From: Eledone cirrhosa
Taxonomy: Eukaryota
DNA length: 64,000 nt
Assembly: GCA_964016885.1 (NCBI GenBank)
Contig: OZ024745.1
Location: 49,848,001-49,912,000, forward strand
Direction: 5' to 3'
Shown piece by piece: positions 1-15,000 of this stretch (positions are counted from its first letter, which is position 1; each line of letters starts with the position of its first letter). The position numbers and the translations under genes are program-made. The notes below the pieces were generated by a model that saw only the letters and a list, made by a program, of their open reading frames with translations, was not told where the DNA came from and made no database searches.

Positions 1-804
1 CAACATTTTATTAATATATATATAAGATGTATATTATATATGCATGAAACATGTAGATATAATATTAAGTATGTATCAGATGTTATTTGCATATAACTAT
101 GTTCCTAGTATGATAGATCTTTGAATAGAGATGAAGAAGATTTTAATGGCTACTGTCACTATAATACCAGGGTTGTTTGTGAAAAGGATACGAGGACTTT
201 AAACAGTTTATGTTATATGGACGAATAAATGTGTCATTATTTTATGTGCCACAAATTATCGTAGGTAATATAAATAATCCCTCCTAACACTTTTAACATA
301 AAGACAATTTATATAATAAACATGATTTATAAAAGAAAAAAATCAATAGAAATTAACCAGGGTAAAAAGAAAAGGGAGGAGAACAATAGGAGGCATGCAT
401 ACTCAATTACACTCTAGACCAGGGAATGTAGGTGTTTCCCTCTAAATATATTTGAGGCAAGCCAAGACACTCACAATATTATTGCAAGTGATGACAAGGC
501 TAAGGCGTTGGAATAGCCAAAAACATTTATCAGGAACATCAACTAATACTTCAGTAAGACTAGATGATAATGAGGCTGGAATAGCACCAGGACCACCGCA
601 TGATACTTCAGAAAAGCTGGATGATAGCAGGGATAAGGCACTGGAATAGCCAAGCACCTTTACCAGGACCACCACCTGATACTTCAGAAAAGCTGCATGA
701 TAGCATAGGGCCCCTGGCTGAAAAATTCACCTGGGCCTTTGTATATTATTTAAGGTATCAAATAAATTGGTTTGTACTTTTTGATTACCTTAACCTACTG
801 CTGA

Positions 805-1025
805 CTATAGTACAGTACAGTATAGTATAATACAGTACAACAGAGTACAGAATAGTACGGTACAATACAGTACAGCATAGTATAATACAGTATAGTAGAG
901 TACAGTACAATAGAGTACAGAATAGTACAGTATAGTACAGTACAATACAGTACAGAATATTACAGTATAGTACAATACAGTAAAGTAAAATGCAGTACAG
1001 TAGAGTACAATACAATACAATACAC
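805..1025. repeat. Degenerate pentanucleotide repeat (CAGTA/TAGTA/CAATA)n
   Basis: Direct reading. Confidence 0.9.
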
Positions 1026-4000
1026 TACATCATATTATAATACACCACAGCCAAGTTCAGATTAAGCTTGCATGGTGCCCTTCACTGAAAATTTCATCAG
1101 GGCTTTTGAATATCATTTATTTCAGAAGAAAAACAAAATTAAGAGTCCTTTAAATAGTGTGAAGTATCTGGCTATAGCCCAGTTAATGCTCCTGCTCCCT
1201 TAATCTGCCATTAGAGGGTCATTGGAAGGCAAGGAGTAATGAGGAAGGAAAGGAGCAAAGAATATAAATTAGTAGATGCATCTAAAACTGTCAGCCTTAG
1301 CTATTCAATCAATGTTCAAATAAAACAAAATAATTATTAATATTTAATTTTCAATGTATGATTTTCATATAAAATATATTGGATGAGAAGGTGGTTGGTT
1401 ATGTGGGATATTGATAAAATATATTCTCCAAAGTGTGCGTGTGTGTGTGTGTGCATTTGGGGTGGTGTTGTCCAAAATAAATTTGGAAAAATTCTGATCT
1501 AGAGGAAAAATCTCAAGAAAAAACCCCATCATAGAGTTATTCAGACAACCCACCAACATATACTAATGGTGGTAACTACTAAAATTTTGTTCCATATTCC
1601 AACAAAGGTTATGAAAATTTTCTATCCATGGTCCCTGATTCCTGATGGAATTATAAGGTGAGCACAGATTTGAAATGATGATGATAAGCACTTTAAAACA
1701 AGAAGTTCTGTAGGTTGGTATCAAAAGAGTTTCACATCAATTTCAAAGTGAATGATAGTTATCCACAAAAGGGTTCCTCAAAAACTAACAACTTTCCAAT
1801 ATATTGGTATCTCAAAAAATATATAAGCTCATGCTGGTTGTTTATTGCAAGACTCCAAGAAATTTGATTTCTAGATGTAAAACGCATTACTTACAATCAC
1901 AATATAACAAGCACATGCTAAATCATGAGGGCCTTTTTGAAGTAATGTTTTATAGCCGGATACCCTTCAGTGGTGCTAACCCCTTCAGTGCCAACCCTTT
2001 CAATCACCTCTTACAATACACAAAGATATAGTATATATATTCTAAGCCAGATACACACCATTCTTCAACATTTTAAAGTTATTTTCCATGCTAAAGCAAG
2101 GGTTAGCCCTGCGTTCTCCATGATATGCATTATGTGGTCCTCTTTGAAGCAATATTTTACAGCCAAATGCCCTTCTTGATCCCAATCCTCCAAGACACTT
2201 CTAATGACACACATATATATGGTGTACCAGGTACACAAAGATGATTACTTTAAATTCATAGAACTAAAAGAATTTCTAAGACAAGTAATTTATGAATGAT
2301 GTTACAAACAACACAGATATACTGTCTTGAAAATATTATAGAAATAACACAGATGACTTAGGTGAGTTGTCCTGATTCTATCAATAACAACAGACTGATG
2401 CCCTATTTTTCAGTCGCTGTGTTTGAGATTTCAGTTGAAAAGAATGGATCAGTTTGAGAAATTGTAGAGGGTTATTACAAAGACATTAACACTTTCATGA
2501 CCATATTTCTAAAGAAATCACTGCCACCTATACATTTCAAAGATAATTTTTTAAAATCGGAAAGGGTTAATAAAATAACTAACTTTCTCGTTATTGAGCT
2601 GGTGTTTCAAACATAACACAACAAAAGTTTTTCTTATGTAAAATTACAATGGAAAGTTTAAATTTAAACATGAATGCTTGCAAATGGATATTTGAATGTG
2701 AGGTGATCTGAGGTAGGTTGGAATTGGAAGAGTTAAATTAACACTTATTCCATGATATGTTCACAGCACAGACACATAAAACACACATTACTACATGCAG
2801 TAACACTGATTGACACTACTTGCATAATAAATATTCTCTAAGTTTCACAGTAAAACCTTTTCGGTTTTCCTGGATGTGGTATTTACCATATTAGCAAAAC
2901 ATTCTTGAAAACTATAAAGCAGCTCTATGACTGCATCATATTAAAAACTGACATCATTGCAAATGTTCACAAAGATTTCTCCTGTAGTAAAGATACCATA
3001 AAGATTGAATTAACAAGCCCACTTTTAGATATTTCTGTTAAATCATCACAGGATGTTTAGGGATAAATATACCAAAAGAGGAGAAAGGAAGTCTTAAAAC
3101 ACATCAGTGTTGAGGAAGGGTGTTCTAAATGTGTAGTAGCTAGAATAAGAAGAGGGTCAGAAAATTTCAGGAAGCTATTATTCTGTTGGGTAACAAAGGG
3201 TTTTTCTCTCTCTGAGCACAAAAAGATTGATGACAAAAAGTCAGTATTATCCACAGGATTTAACCATTTCATCACCATAAGACACTGCCTATTATTTCAA
3301 ATGAATTTTAGAATAATTAAGTGTTTGGAGGGATTTATTAGCATAACTAACTTTCTGATTATTATGTTAGTGTTTACATAAAATTATGATGGAAGGGTTT
3401 TAGATAAATATAAACACTTTAAAACAAATGGATTTTTTACCATAGAATCAAGAGGTTAAACAGTCTTGAATGAAGAAAACAAATCTAACAAGAAGATAAA
3501 TATGTAGGAGTAAATAGGAGACTAAATAAAAATATAGGAGTAAATAATATAGTAGAGTTTTGTGATACTTTACATGTTAAATAGCTGGGAATAGCTACCC
3601 AAATATATGGAATTTGATTGTCATCAAGTAAACTGCTTTTTGTTTAATGGGATAAATTCCTTGTAGTTTGATATGTAAAAGTACAAGATAAATATAAAAG
3701 AATGAATATTTAGATGGTCAAAAATGTTTGATACATCTTATATAGCTTGTACTGAGATTACGTGGTTTAAATTTATATTGTGTAGCTTACATTTACATTA
3801 TGCGGTGCACATTTACACTATGTCGTTTACGTTGCTTACATTGTGGTTTACATTTAGATTCAATTTACATTCAATTTTAATTATAATATATGCAGCAATA
3901 GCTGTAATAAACAAGACAGGCTCTTAGAACTTGGTTTGGCTCTGTCTAAACAAACAAGTTAATTTTTTTTTTTTAATGTTAGAAAGTTACCAAACATATA

Positions 4001-4265
4001 GTTTTATAGGCAGACACAAAGTTTTTCAAATTTAATTTCCATATACAAAAAACTTAAAACCAATTTTTTTTTTATGTAGGAAAAAAAGCAAATTTCAATT
4101 ATTTCAAATGGTAAATAAAGCTCATGGTTTTAATTTGCTTAAAAAAAGTTTACATTAAAACAATGTTCAAAAGTTATGAAATAATCACTCTCTCTCTGTT
4201 TCTGTCTCACACATTCTCTCTCTATTTCTCACACATCCACTCTCTCCCCAATAAACAATGCTGGC

Positions 4266-4685
4266 TTATCAACTGTGTATATAATATGAGCCCTATAATA
4301 GTGACTGAGTATATCAACTAAGCCCTGTCCATTCACTCAGTACATAAACAGAACCCAACACTAGTAACTCAAAATATCAACTGAGCCCTATACAAGTGAG
4401 GGTATTGATTATTGACTGAGTATATCAACTTAGCTCTATGCCAGAAACTGAGTATATCAACTGAGCCATTGCCAGTTACTCAGTATATCAATTGAGCCAT
4501 GTGCCATTGACTCAGGATATCAACTGAGCCATGTGTACGTGACTTGGTATATCAAGTGAGCCATAGGTTGGTGACTCAGTATATCAACTGAGCCATGTAT
4601 CAACCACTGAGTATATTAATTGAGCCATGTGCCAACCACTGAGTATATCAACTGAGCCATGTGCCAATGACTCGATATATCAAGA
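4266..4685. repeat. ~30-bp minisatellite (gactgagtatatcaactgagccatgtgcca consensus)
   Basis: More than ten degenerate tandem units. Confidence 0.85.
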
Positions 4686-7600
4686 GTTTTATACCAAAGA
4701 TGGCTTTCAAAGAAAATATTTAATGTGGTTGTGGGTCATTACTATGTGTGTTGCATCTCTGTCATATTTAACAATAAGTGCACCAGTTCAAACAACAGAA
4801 CAATCTACTCATCAAGTTAACATGTTAGTCACTAAGCATGCCATAGACATGTGTACACTTAATGTAATTCTGAGGGAAATTCAGTGTGATGTTCTATGTA
4901 ACAAGGCTGGACCTTTGAATTATTAGTACAGTTCATCTTCCATTTGTAAGTGATTGAGCGTTCCACACACATGTACCCTTAACATGTGATTTGTATGACA
5001 TTTCATAAAGCTGGCTCTTTGAATTCCACTTGATGGCTTCCTACACTCAGTTTCTGTCTACCTAATTTCATTCACAAAGCATAGGTCAACTGACTATGGT
5101 AAATAACATGTCAAAGATGCTATGTAGAGTGATCAAACCCAAGAGCTTATGATTCCAAAGCAAACCTCTTAACCAGTCACCTACAATCATGAAATAATGG
5201 TAAAATGTGATAGAAATAAGTTTGAGACTTAACTGCTTTGTGGTAGAAAGTAGTGGAAGAATGATTGAGAATTAAGAAGAATTAAAAAGTTGTATAAGAT
5301 ACAGTGAGATTGGTGAATTTTGAACAGCTACGATTATTATTGTTGTTGTTACAGTTCATACCTGTGTACATTTAGCTGGCTTTGATGGAAAGTTTCTTGA
5401 GTGCTCTATCATGTTGTTACAGTTCATGCCAACGTAGATTTAGCAGGCCTTTGATGAAGCTGAATTTCACAGTAAGTTTATTTGATGTACATCCCAATGT
5501 AAGTTTATCAGGCTTCTGATGAAGCTGAATTTCAAAGAAGGTTTCTTGGGTGTTTTAAGGATGGAATGACCCTCTTCTGGTTTCAACAATGAGTGTTCCA
5601 GTTGTTTGATCAATGGAACAACTAGTTCATTAAATTAACATTAACACAGATGCATGTACCTTTAACACAATTCTCAGGGAGATTCAGAGTGACACAGTGT
5701 GTGACAAGGCTGGCCATTTTAATTAAAGATTCAATCTATTCAACTATACCAAACAGTTTATCTTCTCAATTTCACTCACACAGCATGGGATTGAACCTAG
5801 GACCTAATGATTGTGAAGCAAACTTCTTCACCATTTGGCTATACTATGCCCACTTTACTGATAGGGGGCCCCCGTTCTATTATGTTGTTGCTACAGCTCA
5901 CACATATGTAGGTTGAGCTGACCTCTTATAAATTTACATCTCATAGGAAATTTCTTGGGTATTTTAATGATTGAACCACAGTCTTATCCTGTTGTTGTTA
6001 CAGCTCACCTGTTTGTTTAGCTGGTCTTCCATGAGGTTCACTTTATAGGAGGTTTCTTGGGTGTTTTTATGATAGGGGCTCAGTCCTATCACATGTTGGT
6101 ACAGCTCACATCAGTAGATTTAGCTGACCTATCATGTTGTATTTCATAGATTTCTTGGGTGTTTTAATAATACAGACCCAATCCTATGATAGGTTGTTAA
6201 ACTGATAATATTCAGGTTTTAACATATCCTAGGTCTATGAGATGTCATATTGATAACAGTTCAATCACTATTAACCTTACCTTTATTGATTTCTCATATT
6301 CATGTGATGATGATGATGATAATGATGGATCTTCTATTGGTTTAGATGATGAGTATTCAAATGTTCATCTAATTTGGGAATTAAAATGTAAGTGGATGAG
6401 TATTCCACAGACACTCTTAGTGTAATTCATAAGGTCTGGCCTTTGAACTACAGATACAATCTGCTTGATGGGCTCTAATGCAGTTTCCATCTACCCAGTT
6501 TATTCATAAGGCTTGGGCAGACCCAAGGTTATGGTGTGAGGTCAAGCATTTCAATCATTAGACAGAAACTGGCCATCTATCTGTTGGGTCTGTATTATAA
6601 TCACAACTCCACATGGTCAACTGAATTACTATAACGAATAGATTGTAAAGTAAATATTGAAAACAAGAAAGAAAAGAAAGAATATGATTGTCAGATAAGA
6701 TCAAGGACAATGTTTCCATTGGTTTTTCCATTGCTGATGTTGTCAGTCTAACTCCTGTTGTCAGTCTAACACCAGACCAAGGAAACAATGTTATCTGCCA
6801 GTCACGACTTCTGGCAGAGGAAAGGAGCCAATCATCAGATTGGACAAAGGAAACAATGTTTCCATTGAGCTTTCCATTAGTGATCCTATTTGACAGTCAC
6901 AACTCTTAGTAAAAGAAAGGAGCTGATTATCAGATTGGACCAAGAAAATAATGTTTCCATCGATCTTTCCATTGCTGATATTATCTACTGATCATAACTC
7001 CTATCAGAAGCCTCATTGCTTTACTAGTGACTGGAGGTAGGATTTGAACTCAAACTGCACAAAACTTGTCTGATGCTCTAACAAATCTACAAATTCACCA
7101 CCACTGGATTAGTACTTTATTTATTATGCCCCCAAAATTGACCTCAGATGCACAAGGCTGTAAGAAATACTGAAGCAATATTCGAATGCTTTAATGACCT
7201 TGCTAATTTGCTGCCTAAAAATACTGAAATGCCTAATTTAAAATATAAACTCTAATGATCAAAAGCAACAGGATAAAATGGGTTAATACACTAAACCATA
7301 GATTAGCAACAGACAGCCTGGGGATTGAACCTAGACCAGAAATATCTGTTATCTACTCATAAACTAAGTGAATACATAAGAAATATGAAACAAAATGTGC
7401 TAGACCCCTGTCAATTTTGATGATGGGTGCACAAATTGATTGAGCAATGAAACAGCCTGCTTATGAAATTAACCTGCAAGTGGCTGAGCATTCCACTTAC
7501 GTGTGTGTTTATTGGACCTCTGCCAGTTTCAATGTTAAGTGTTTCAGATATTTGAACAAGAGAACAGTCTCCTCATGAAATGAATGTGCAAGTGGCTGAA

Positions 7601-9073
7601 TACCCACAGATAAGTGTTCCTTTAACATAGTACACAGGGAGATTCAGCATGACACTATGTGTGACATAGCTGGCCATTTGAATTACAGGTACAACTCATT
7701 TTTTCAAGCTGGAGCAATATGAAATAAAATGACTTGCTCAAGGATACAAAACGTCGCCTAGAATGAAGCTCACTTCTTTATACTTGTAAGCTGAACACTC
7801 TAATCTCTAAGCCATGCACCATCACAAACTAAATGTACATTTATACTATAAAGTTAAAAAATACTGAAAAACATTTTGTTACCTACCTAGTCTTTTTGCC
7901 CTTCACCTCTAAACAAGTGACTTCTTCCAGCACCAAAGACCATCACGATACCCTACTTTCAATATCCAGTACATATACAACAGAACATTTCATTGTTAAA
8001 TCTTTAAATTTCAAAAAGTGAAAGTTGAACATTATTTGAACAATATTTCCACAGCAAACCATATTTCTTATGAAATACACAGCCCATGTGTTTCAATTAA
8101 TTTTGAAAATAATCAAGGTATTTGGAGGGATTTGGTAATATAACTAACTTTCTCATTATTAAGGTGATGTTTTCCTAATGAAAGACACTGCCTATGATTT
8201 TCAAATAATTCTGAAAATAATTGAGAATTTTGGAGGAATCCTTATTATGAAGCTGGTGTTTGGAAAATAACTTAACAGAGGTTCTTACATAAAATTATGA
8301 TAAATTTTAATATAAGTATGAATACTTTAGAATGGATAGTATCATAAAAACAGGACAATTTCAAGCAAGTTCATATCAAAAAGATTAAAGGTTTGTTCAA
8401 ATAATTTCAAAGCAAGGAATTATTCTTTTCAATGGTTAGTCTTATAAAAGTAAATAAATAGGATTTATTCTTGTTTGGAAACCAGATTACACTTAGTGGT
8501 TGCATTTATTATTTTACTGGTTTCAATCATTAGACTGCAGGCATGCTGGGGAACTCCATTGAAGGAATTTAGTTGATCATATTAATCCCATTATTTTGAA
8601 TTGATAAGTTTTGAGATATATACAAACGCATGTATAGTTACACATATATACACACATACTCACATGTATAACAGGATTCCACATAGTTTCAATATACAAA
8701 GGACATTGGTCAATCTGGGGCTATAGTACAATTCATTTGCCCAAGATGCTGTGCGACTGTACCTAACACTACCTGGTTACAAAGTGAGCTCCTTAACTGC
8801 AGTCATTCCTGCACACATGTATGTATCATTATCACCATTTTATGTCCGTTCTTCCATGCTAACATGGGTTAGACAGGTTGTCCTGTTGTGGGCAGTGTCC
8901 GGTCGGCTGACCTTGTCTTGCTCATTCGGGAACTGATTTTGGCTTGATTTCTACAGCTGGGTGCTTTTTTGCTCAAGGAAACGACACATCACCCGGTCTG
9001 AGAATTGAACTCACAACCTTTCGATTGCAAGCCCAATGCTCTAACCACTAAGCCATGTGCCACTATGTATGTG

Positions 9074-9108
<35 letters not shown>

Positions 9109-9153
9109 ATGTATAATTGATGAACACGAGATAAAGTACTCAATACTAAAGTA

Positions 9154-9210
9154 GAGTCTCGTCTGATGATCCTGTGAGTAAGCAGGTGAAACTCCTGAGT
9201 AACAAGGCTC
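9154..9210 (+). ncRNA. Type I hammerhead ribozyme motif (HHR-a)
   Basis: Stem I gagtctcgt/acaaggctc; CTGATGA at 9163; stem II t-cctg[tgagtaag]cagg-t; GAAA; stem III ctc[ct]gag; predicted GUA cleavage site. Confidence 0.75.
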
Positions 9211-9232
9211 ACTACTTAGCCATATTAAATGA

Positions 9233-9263
<31 letters not shown>

Positions 9264-10054
9264 ATGTAACGAAGATCACTGGTATGAAATCAGCGTCCTC
9301 TGGCCAGCGTCTAGCTCACTCAATGAATCTGCCGAATTGCAGTAATGCAGCTGCACACATATATATATATCATCATCATCATCATTTTATGTCCGCTTTT
9401 CCCTGCTTGCAAGGGTGGGACGGGAACTGATTCTCGCTTGATTTCTACAGCTGGATGCCCTTCCTAACACCAACCTCATTTACAGTGAGTGCTGGGTACT
9501 TTTTTGCCGTGGCACCTCCACGACCACTTTGCAGTGGAATGATAGGGACCCCAGTCCCTATCATCTCATTTCTACAGCTGAGTAAACTGGAGCAATGTGA
9601 AATAAAGTGTCTTGCTCAAGGAAACAACACATCACCCGGTCTGAGAATTGAACTGACAACCTTTCGTTTGCAAGGCCAATGCTCTAACCACTAAGCCATA
9701 TGCTTCATATATATATATCTTTGACATAATCATTGAATATTGTTTAACACTTTAATATATATATATATATATATATATATTGCAAAGTGGTCGTGGAGAT
9801 GCCACGGCAAAAAAGCACTCAGCCCACACTGTAAAGTGGATGTGTAGGCGCCACGGAAAAAAGCACCCAGCACTCACTGTAAATGAGGTTGGTGTTAGGA
9901 AGGGCATCCAGCTGTAGAAACCAAGCCAAAATCAGTTCCTGTATGAGCAAGGCATGGTCAGCCGACCAAACACTGCCCACAACAGGACAACCCGTCTAAC
10001 CCATGCTAGCATGGAAGAACGGACGTAAAATGGTGATGATGATGATGATGATGA

Positions 10055-10088
<34 letters not shown>

Positions 10089-10096
<8 letters not shown>

Positions 10097-10393
10097 ATAC
10101 TTTGGGAGGGTCATGTTGCCAATAAGAAACACACGCACCAGTTGCTTTCACTTCAATTTATTATATATTTATAAATTTATAAATTTACAAATTTACAAAC
10201 TTATAAATTTCTGGTTGGTTGGTTGGTTGGTTCCACAACCAGATAGTTGTGGAACCAACCAACCAACCAGAAATTTATAAGTTTGTAAATTTGTAAATTT
10301 ATAAATTTATAAATATATAATAAATTGAAGTGAAAGCAACTGGTGCGTGTGTTTCTTATTGGCAACATGACCCCTCCCAAAGTATAACAATAT
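10089..10393. repeat. Near-perfect palindrome, ~150-bp arms, 6-nt loop
   Basis: Centre ttccacaac[cagata]gttgtggaa at 10231-10254; a single-arm homologue lies at ~15017-15155. Confidence 0.9.
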
Positions 10394-10544
10394 CGGTTTC
10401 AACACACGATTTCAGATAAAGAATCTTGCTAAACAAATTCAGAAACGAAATATATATATATATATATATCCTGCCATTGCTAGGAAGGAAAATGGACATT
10501 AAATGATGATGATGATGATAAGATATGTTCACTGTAATTTTCTC

Positions 10545-10905
10545 TTTAATATTGTACATGATACAATGTTGCATAATAGCAAAACATAGACAGTAAATGT
10601 AGAAGATATTCGAAGACTGGAAAGAAATGAACAGGGCATGTTACAATGGATGCATAATGTTAATGTGCATGAAAGATGAAGCACAGATGAGTTGAGGGAA
10701 AAACTGAGCATAAAAGGAATTTCATGTAGTGTCTAAGAGTGAAGATTGTGATAAGCATGGATAATGACCATTGAGTGAAAAAGTGCCTGAACTTTCAAGA
10801 GGAAGGAAGTCATGAGAGAGGAAGGCAAAGACGTCATGGGCAGCACTGGCGAGATGCTGTTTTGGAGAGTGAAGAGGACCCATCCAGCCCATGCAAGCAT
10901 GGGAG
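10545..10905 (+). mobile_element. Old RTE LINE relic (another at ~3100-3220)
   Basis: Translates as VEDIRRLERNEQGMLQWM...DELREKL with stops; the 3100 region gives GCSKCVVARIRRGSENFRKLL...KGFSL. Confidence 0.65.
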
Positions 10906-12715
10906 ATCAAGTGTATATATGCTATTTAGTCAGAGAAAGAAAGGCAGTACTCATGACTGTTCTGAATGCTTGAAAAAAAGGAGATTTTGCTAAAGGCACC
11001 CAAGGGACAGGTGGTGGTGTCGAACTGAGTGATAGACTAAGTTTACTACATAAGAAGGCTATGAGTGGGATTTGATCCTGTTGCACATTGGATTGCAATC
11101 ATGGATCATGCTAGACATAGGTTTGTCATTGTAGATCTTGCTGTACCATTGTTCATGATTGTGGATTGTGTTGCACCTTGGAACATCAACATGGCTTATA
11201 CTGCACACATTGTATTACATGCTTAAGATCTGTTACAAGACCAGAAACTAATCAGGCTGGTGCTTATTGTGGTTTCATTGGTATTAAATGAACAAGCTAG
11301 TGAGAGCTATGTAGTAAAACAAAACTATACTGTCTTAAATTTCCACACTCACACACATTACATATTTTAAGTTCTATAACTTAAAATATTATATCAAAAA
11401 GTTAAGGTCTGTTCCAACCCTAGAAGATCATTAGACTGGTGCTTATTCCAGTTTCATTGTTAAATGACTGAGTATACAAGATTTCTCTCTGGATAGGCTG
11501 CTAGTTCATTGTAGATGTAGAGTCTGAGGCTAGAGCCTCATCAGGTTGTAGTATATCCCAGTTTCATTGATTGAGAGTACAAAGCATGACACCAATCCAT
11601 CATAGGGTTAAGTGCTACTGGTACTCATTTTTTTCATCTGCATGATCTAGAGCAACATAACAAACACCACTAGTCCATGTGCTTTCATTTAAGACATGTC
11701 ATAAATTAAAGATATGGTCACAGTTAAAACATCATTTGAAAAAATGATTCTTTAATCAGAGCAAAACATGTTTACCCAACATTAATAATGGTTTCTAATT
11801 TAGGCACAAGACCAGCAAATTATGGGGTGGGAAAAGTTAGTTAAATCAGCCCTAGTACTTGACTGGTACTTTATTTTATTGACCCCAAAATGATAAAAAG
11901 CCAAGTCGACACCAGCAGGATTTGAACTTAGAACAAAGAATCAGAACTAAATATCATATATTTTCTGACTCTCAAATGATTCTGCTAATCCACCACTCAT
12001 AATAATTTTAACACTTGCACAAAGCCAACAATTTGGGGGAAGGGAAAAGTTGATTATATCAACCCCAGTACTTAACAGTACTTTATTTTATTGACCACAG
12101 AAGGATGAAAAGCAAAACTGACCTCAGCAGGATTTGAACATAGAGGGCCATAACGAAACACTACAATGCATTTCATCAAAACCTCAAACAGTACTGCCAA
12201 TCAACTGCCCTTAATATTAATTATTACTACTTTAGGTACAAGGCCAGAAATTTGAAGGGATGGGAGATGTCGATTAAATCGACCTCAGTGCATAACTAGT
12301 ACTTTATTTAATTGACCCCATAAGGGTTGCAACTCTATGTTGCAAAGCATGTTGTCCAACACTACCAATACTGCCCTTAATAAAAATAATAATTGTTTCT
12401 ACTTTTGGCACAAAGCCAGCAATTAACCCAGTACGTTACTGGTATTTCATTTTATCGACACTGCAAGGATGAAAGACAAAGTTAACCTCAGCAAGATTTG
12501 AACTCAGAACTTAAAAATAATAATGGTTTCTGATTTAGGCGCAAAGCCAACAATTTTGCAGGAGGAGAAACTCGATTAAATTGACCCCAGTGCATTACTG
12601 GTGCTTTATTTTATCGACTCCGTAAGGATGAAAGGCGGTGTCGATAATAATGATGACAACAACTGTTAGATATTACTGGTTTAATTTACATTCCAGATAT
12701 GGTCAGATAATTTAA

Positions 12716-12747
<32 letters not shown>

Positions 12748-12753
12748 GAGAGA

Positions 12754-12819
<66 letters not shown>
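12716..12819. repeat. (GA)n microsatellite
   Basis: Direct reading. Confidence 0.95.
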
Positions 12820-12822
<3 letters not shown>

Positions 12823-13683
12823 TGGATGAAAAAAAAAGCGAAATTAACATTTTTTTTAAATAACTAGTTTTAATAATTTCACGAAATGTTACCATTATTT
12901 TTGTACAAGTGTTCTCTCTCTCTTTCACTCATACATACACATGTACACATATATACATGCTTATATAAAGAAGCATCCATATATATGCTTACACAGACAC
13001 AGACACACACATACCTATATAATATACCCATACAATAAAAAAAATTTAAAAAAAAGGACATGTAATATAAATTTTTAAATTACTATAAATTATAAACTCA
13101 ATCATTTATAAAGAATTAATTCTTAGTATCGTTATTATCATTAATAATTGTTTATTATAAAAATAGCTTTATATTTTGCTTTATTAAAAAGAAAAAAAAA
13201 ATCTGTTGATAAACTCATGTTTGGCATTGTCTCTCATAGACTGGAACATAGTGATAAATAATTTCACATTTTGTAAAAATTCTGATGAGAAAAACACACA
13301 CACAAAAAAAAAATCATATTTGTTTCCAAAGTGAAGGTTTTTAATTTCAATTTCTTTAAAAAATGATTTGTTTAAAAATGTTGTTTTTTTTTTTATTTTA
13401 AAATCCAATCAATTTTATAATTTGATGCTACCAATTAATTTAAGTTAATGAGCATAATAGTTATAGTTGATATGAAGTAGTGTGAAATATGTGGTAAGGA
13501 TTGTTTTGGGAAAGTTAGTACAATGTAAGAATTACAGGAGTAAAGTAAGACAAAACAGAAGTGAAGATAATATTTTTACCTCATATGTCATGTAAGGTAT
13601 TGTTTTGTTTTACTCTAATTTTCCCTCCTGTAATTCTGAATAAAAAAACCCAACTATATTTCACACAAACATTGCAAAACAAT

Positions 13684-13737
<54 letters not shown>

Positions 13738-13822
13738 GCAAAAGTTCTATTTAAATTGTTGGGATACAACAAGCAAATATTTTTATAACTGATATAAAGC
13801 ACTCAACAAGTATTTGGAGTAA

Positions 13823-13969
13823 ATATACGATATTAATAAATGGAAACTATATTTATAAAACCATATTTATTTCATTATATATATTTCAAGGATACCAAGT
13901 CCTTGAAATATATATAATGAAATAAATATGGTTTTATAAATATAGTTTCCATTTATTAATATCGTATAT
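13823..13969. repeat. Perfect palindrome, 70-bp arms, 7-nt loop
   Basis: Centre ttcaagga[taccaag]tccttgaa at ~13885-13907. Confidence 0.9.
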
Positions 13970-14275
13970 ATATATATATCTCATCATCATTTTACATCCG
14001 CTTTTCCCTGCTTGCAAGGGTATATATATATACATATATATATGTGTAATATGTCTACTGGCTTAGTTCGGAGCTAGCTGTCGAAAGAGCCGGAGCTCAG
14101 CTGTCGGAGTCCTGACTCTTTTCCTATATATATATATATAACAAAGGAAATGTGGTAAGGAACCAGGTGGACCATAACGCACCAAAGTACTCAATACTTA
14201 GGGTAGTAGAGTGGGTAATAGGAACAAGTAAGACCCCGAAACGGCTTGAGCTCAGCCGTCGGGGTCTTACTTGTT

Positions 14276-14309
<34 letters not shown>

Positions 14310-14358
14310 CAGAATGAAAGTGGTAAAATCCGTTAGACCATTACTCATATATATATAT

Positions 14359-14398
<40 letters not shown>

Positions 14399-14957
14399 AT
14401 TTATACATGTGTATGTGTGTGTGTATATATATATATATATACACAGAAATATCCACGGTTAGTTGTGGGGTCTAGTCTGCATGAATATATATAATATATA
14501 TATATAATATATATTATATATAATATATATATATAATATATATATATATAATATACATGGTGGCTGCCAACTCGTTTTCGAGTACGGCCACTACTTTATA
14601 TCCATGTAGGAGAACCCCTACCGATGCGGTAATTGTAAGTTGTGATGTTGCTGTTCCCTTCCTGTTTTCTATTTAATTTTGGTTGGAGTTCATTTATGTC
14701 TATTGCCTCTGTGATTTGTCTAAACATTGCATCTTTTCTTTTATATACATATACAATTAAGGACAAAATGAAAACACACACACATAGAACAAACAACCAA
14801 CCAGTAACATGTAAATAACCAAATAAATAAACAAATATAAACACACACAGACACCTGGATGTAACACATGCGCAAACTAAGCACACAACACACACAAAAA
14901 CAAGATGGCGTAGGACAGATCAAAGGAGAGGCACAAAAACAAAGAAAAGAATCCCCA

Positions 14958-15000
14958 GTCACTGAAGAGGTCACAGAATGTGTGACGAAAGAACTTTGAC
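14958..15000 (+). ncRNA. Type I hammerhead ribozyme motif, degenerate (HHR-b)
   Basis: Stem I gtca/tgac; CTGAAGA at 14962; one extra G; stem II gtcaca[gaatg]tgtgac; GAAA; minimal stem III g[aa]c; CUU site. Confidence 0.55.

Noticed and set aside
1075-1105. CTGATGA on the minus strand within a gccc/gggc hairpin; similar isolated CTGANGA hits near 11540 and 49145
   Set aside because: No GAAA, stem III and UH in the required order.
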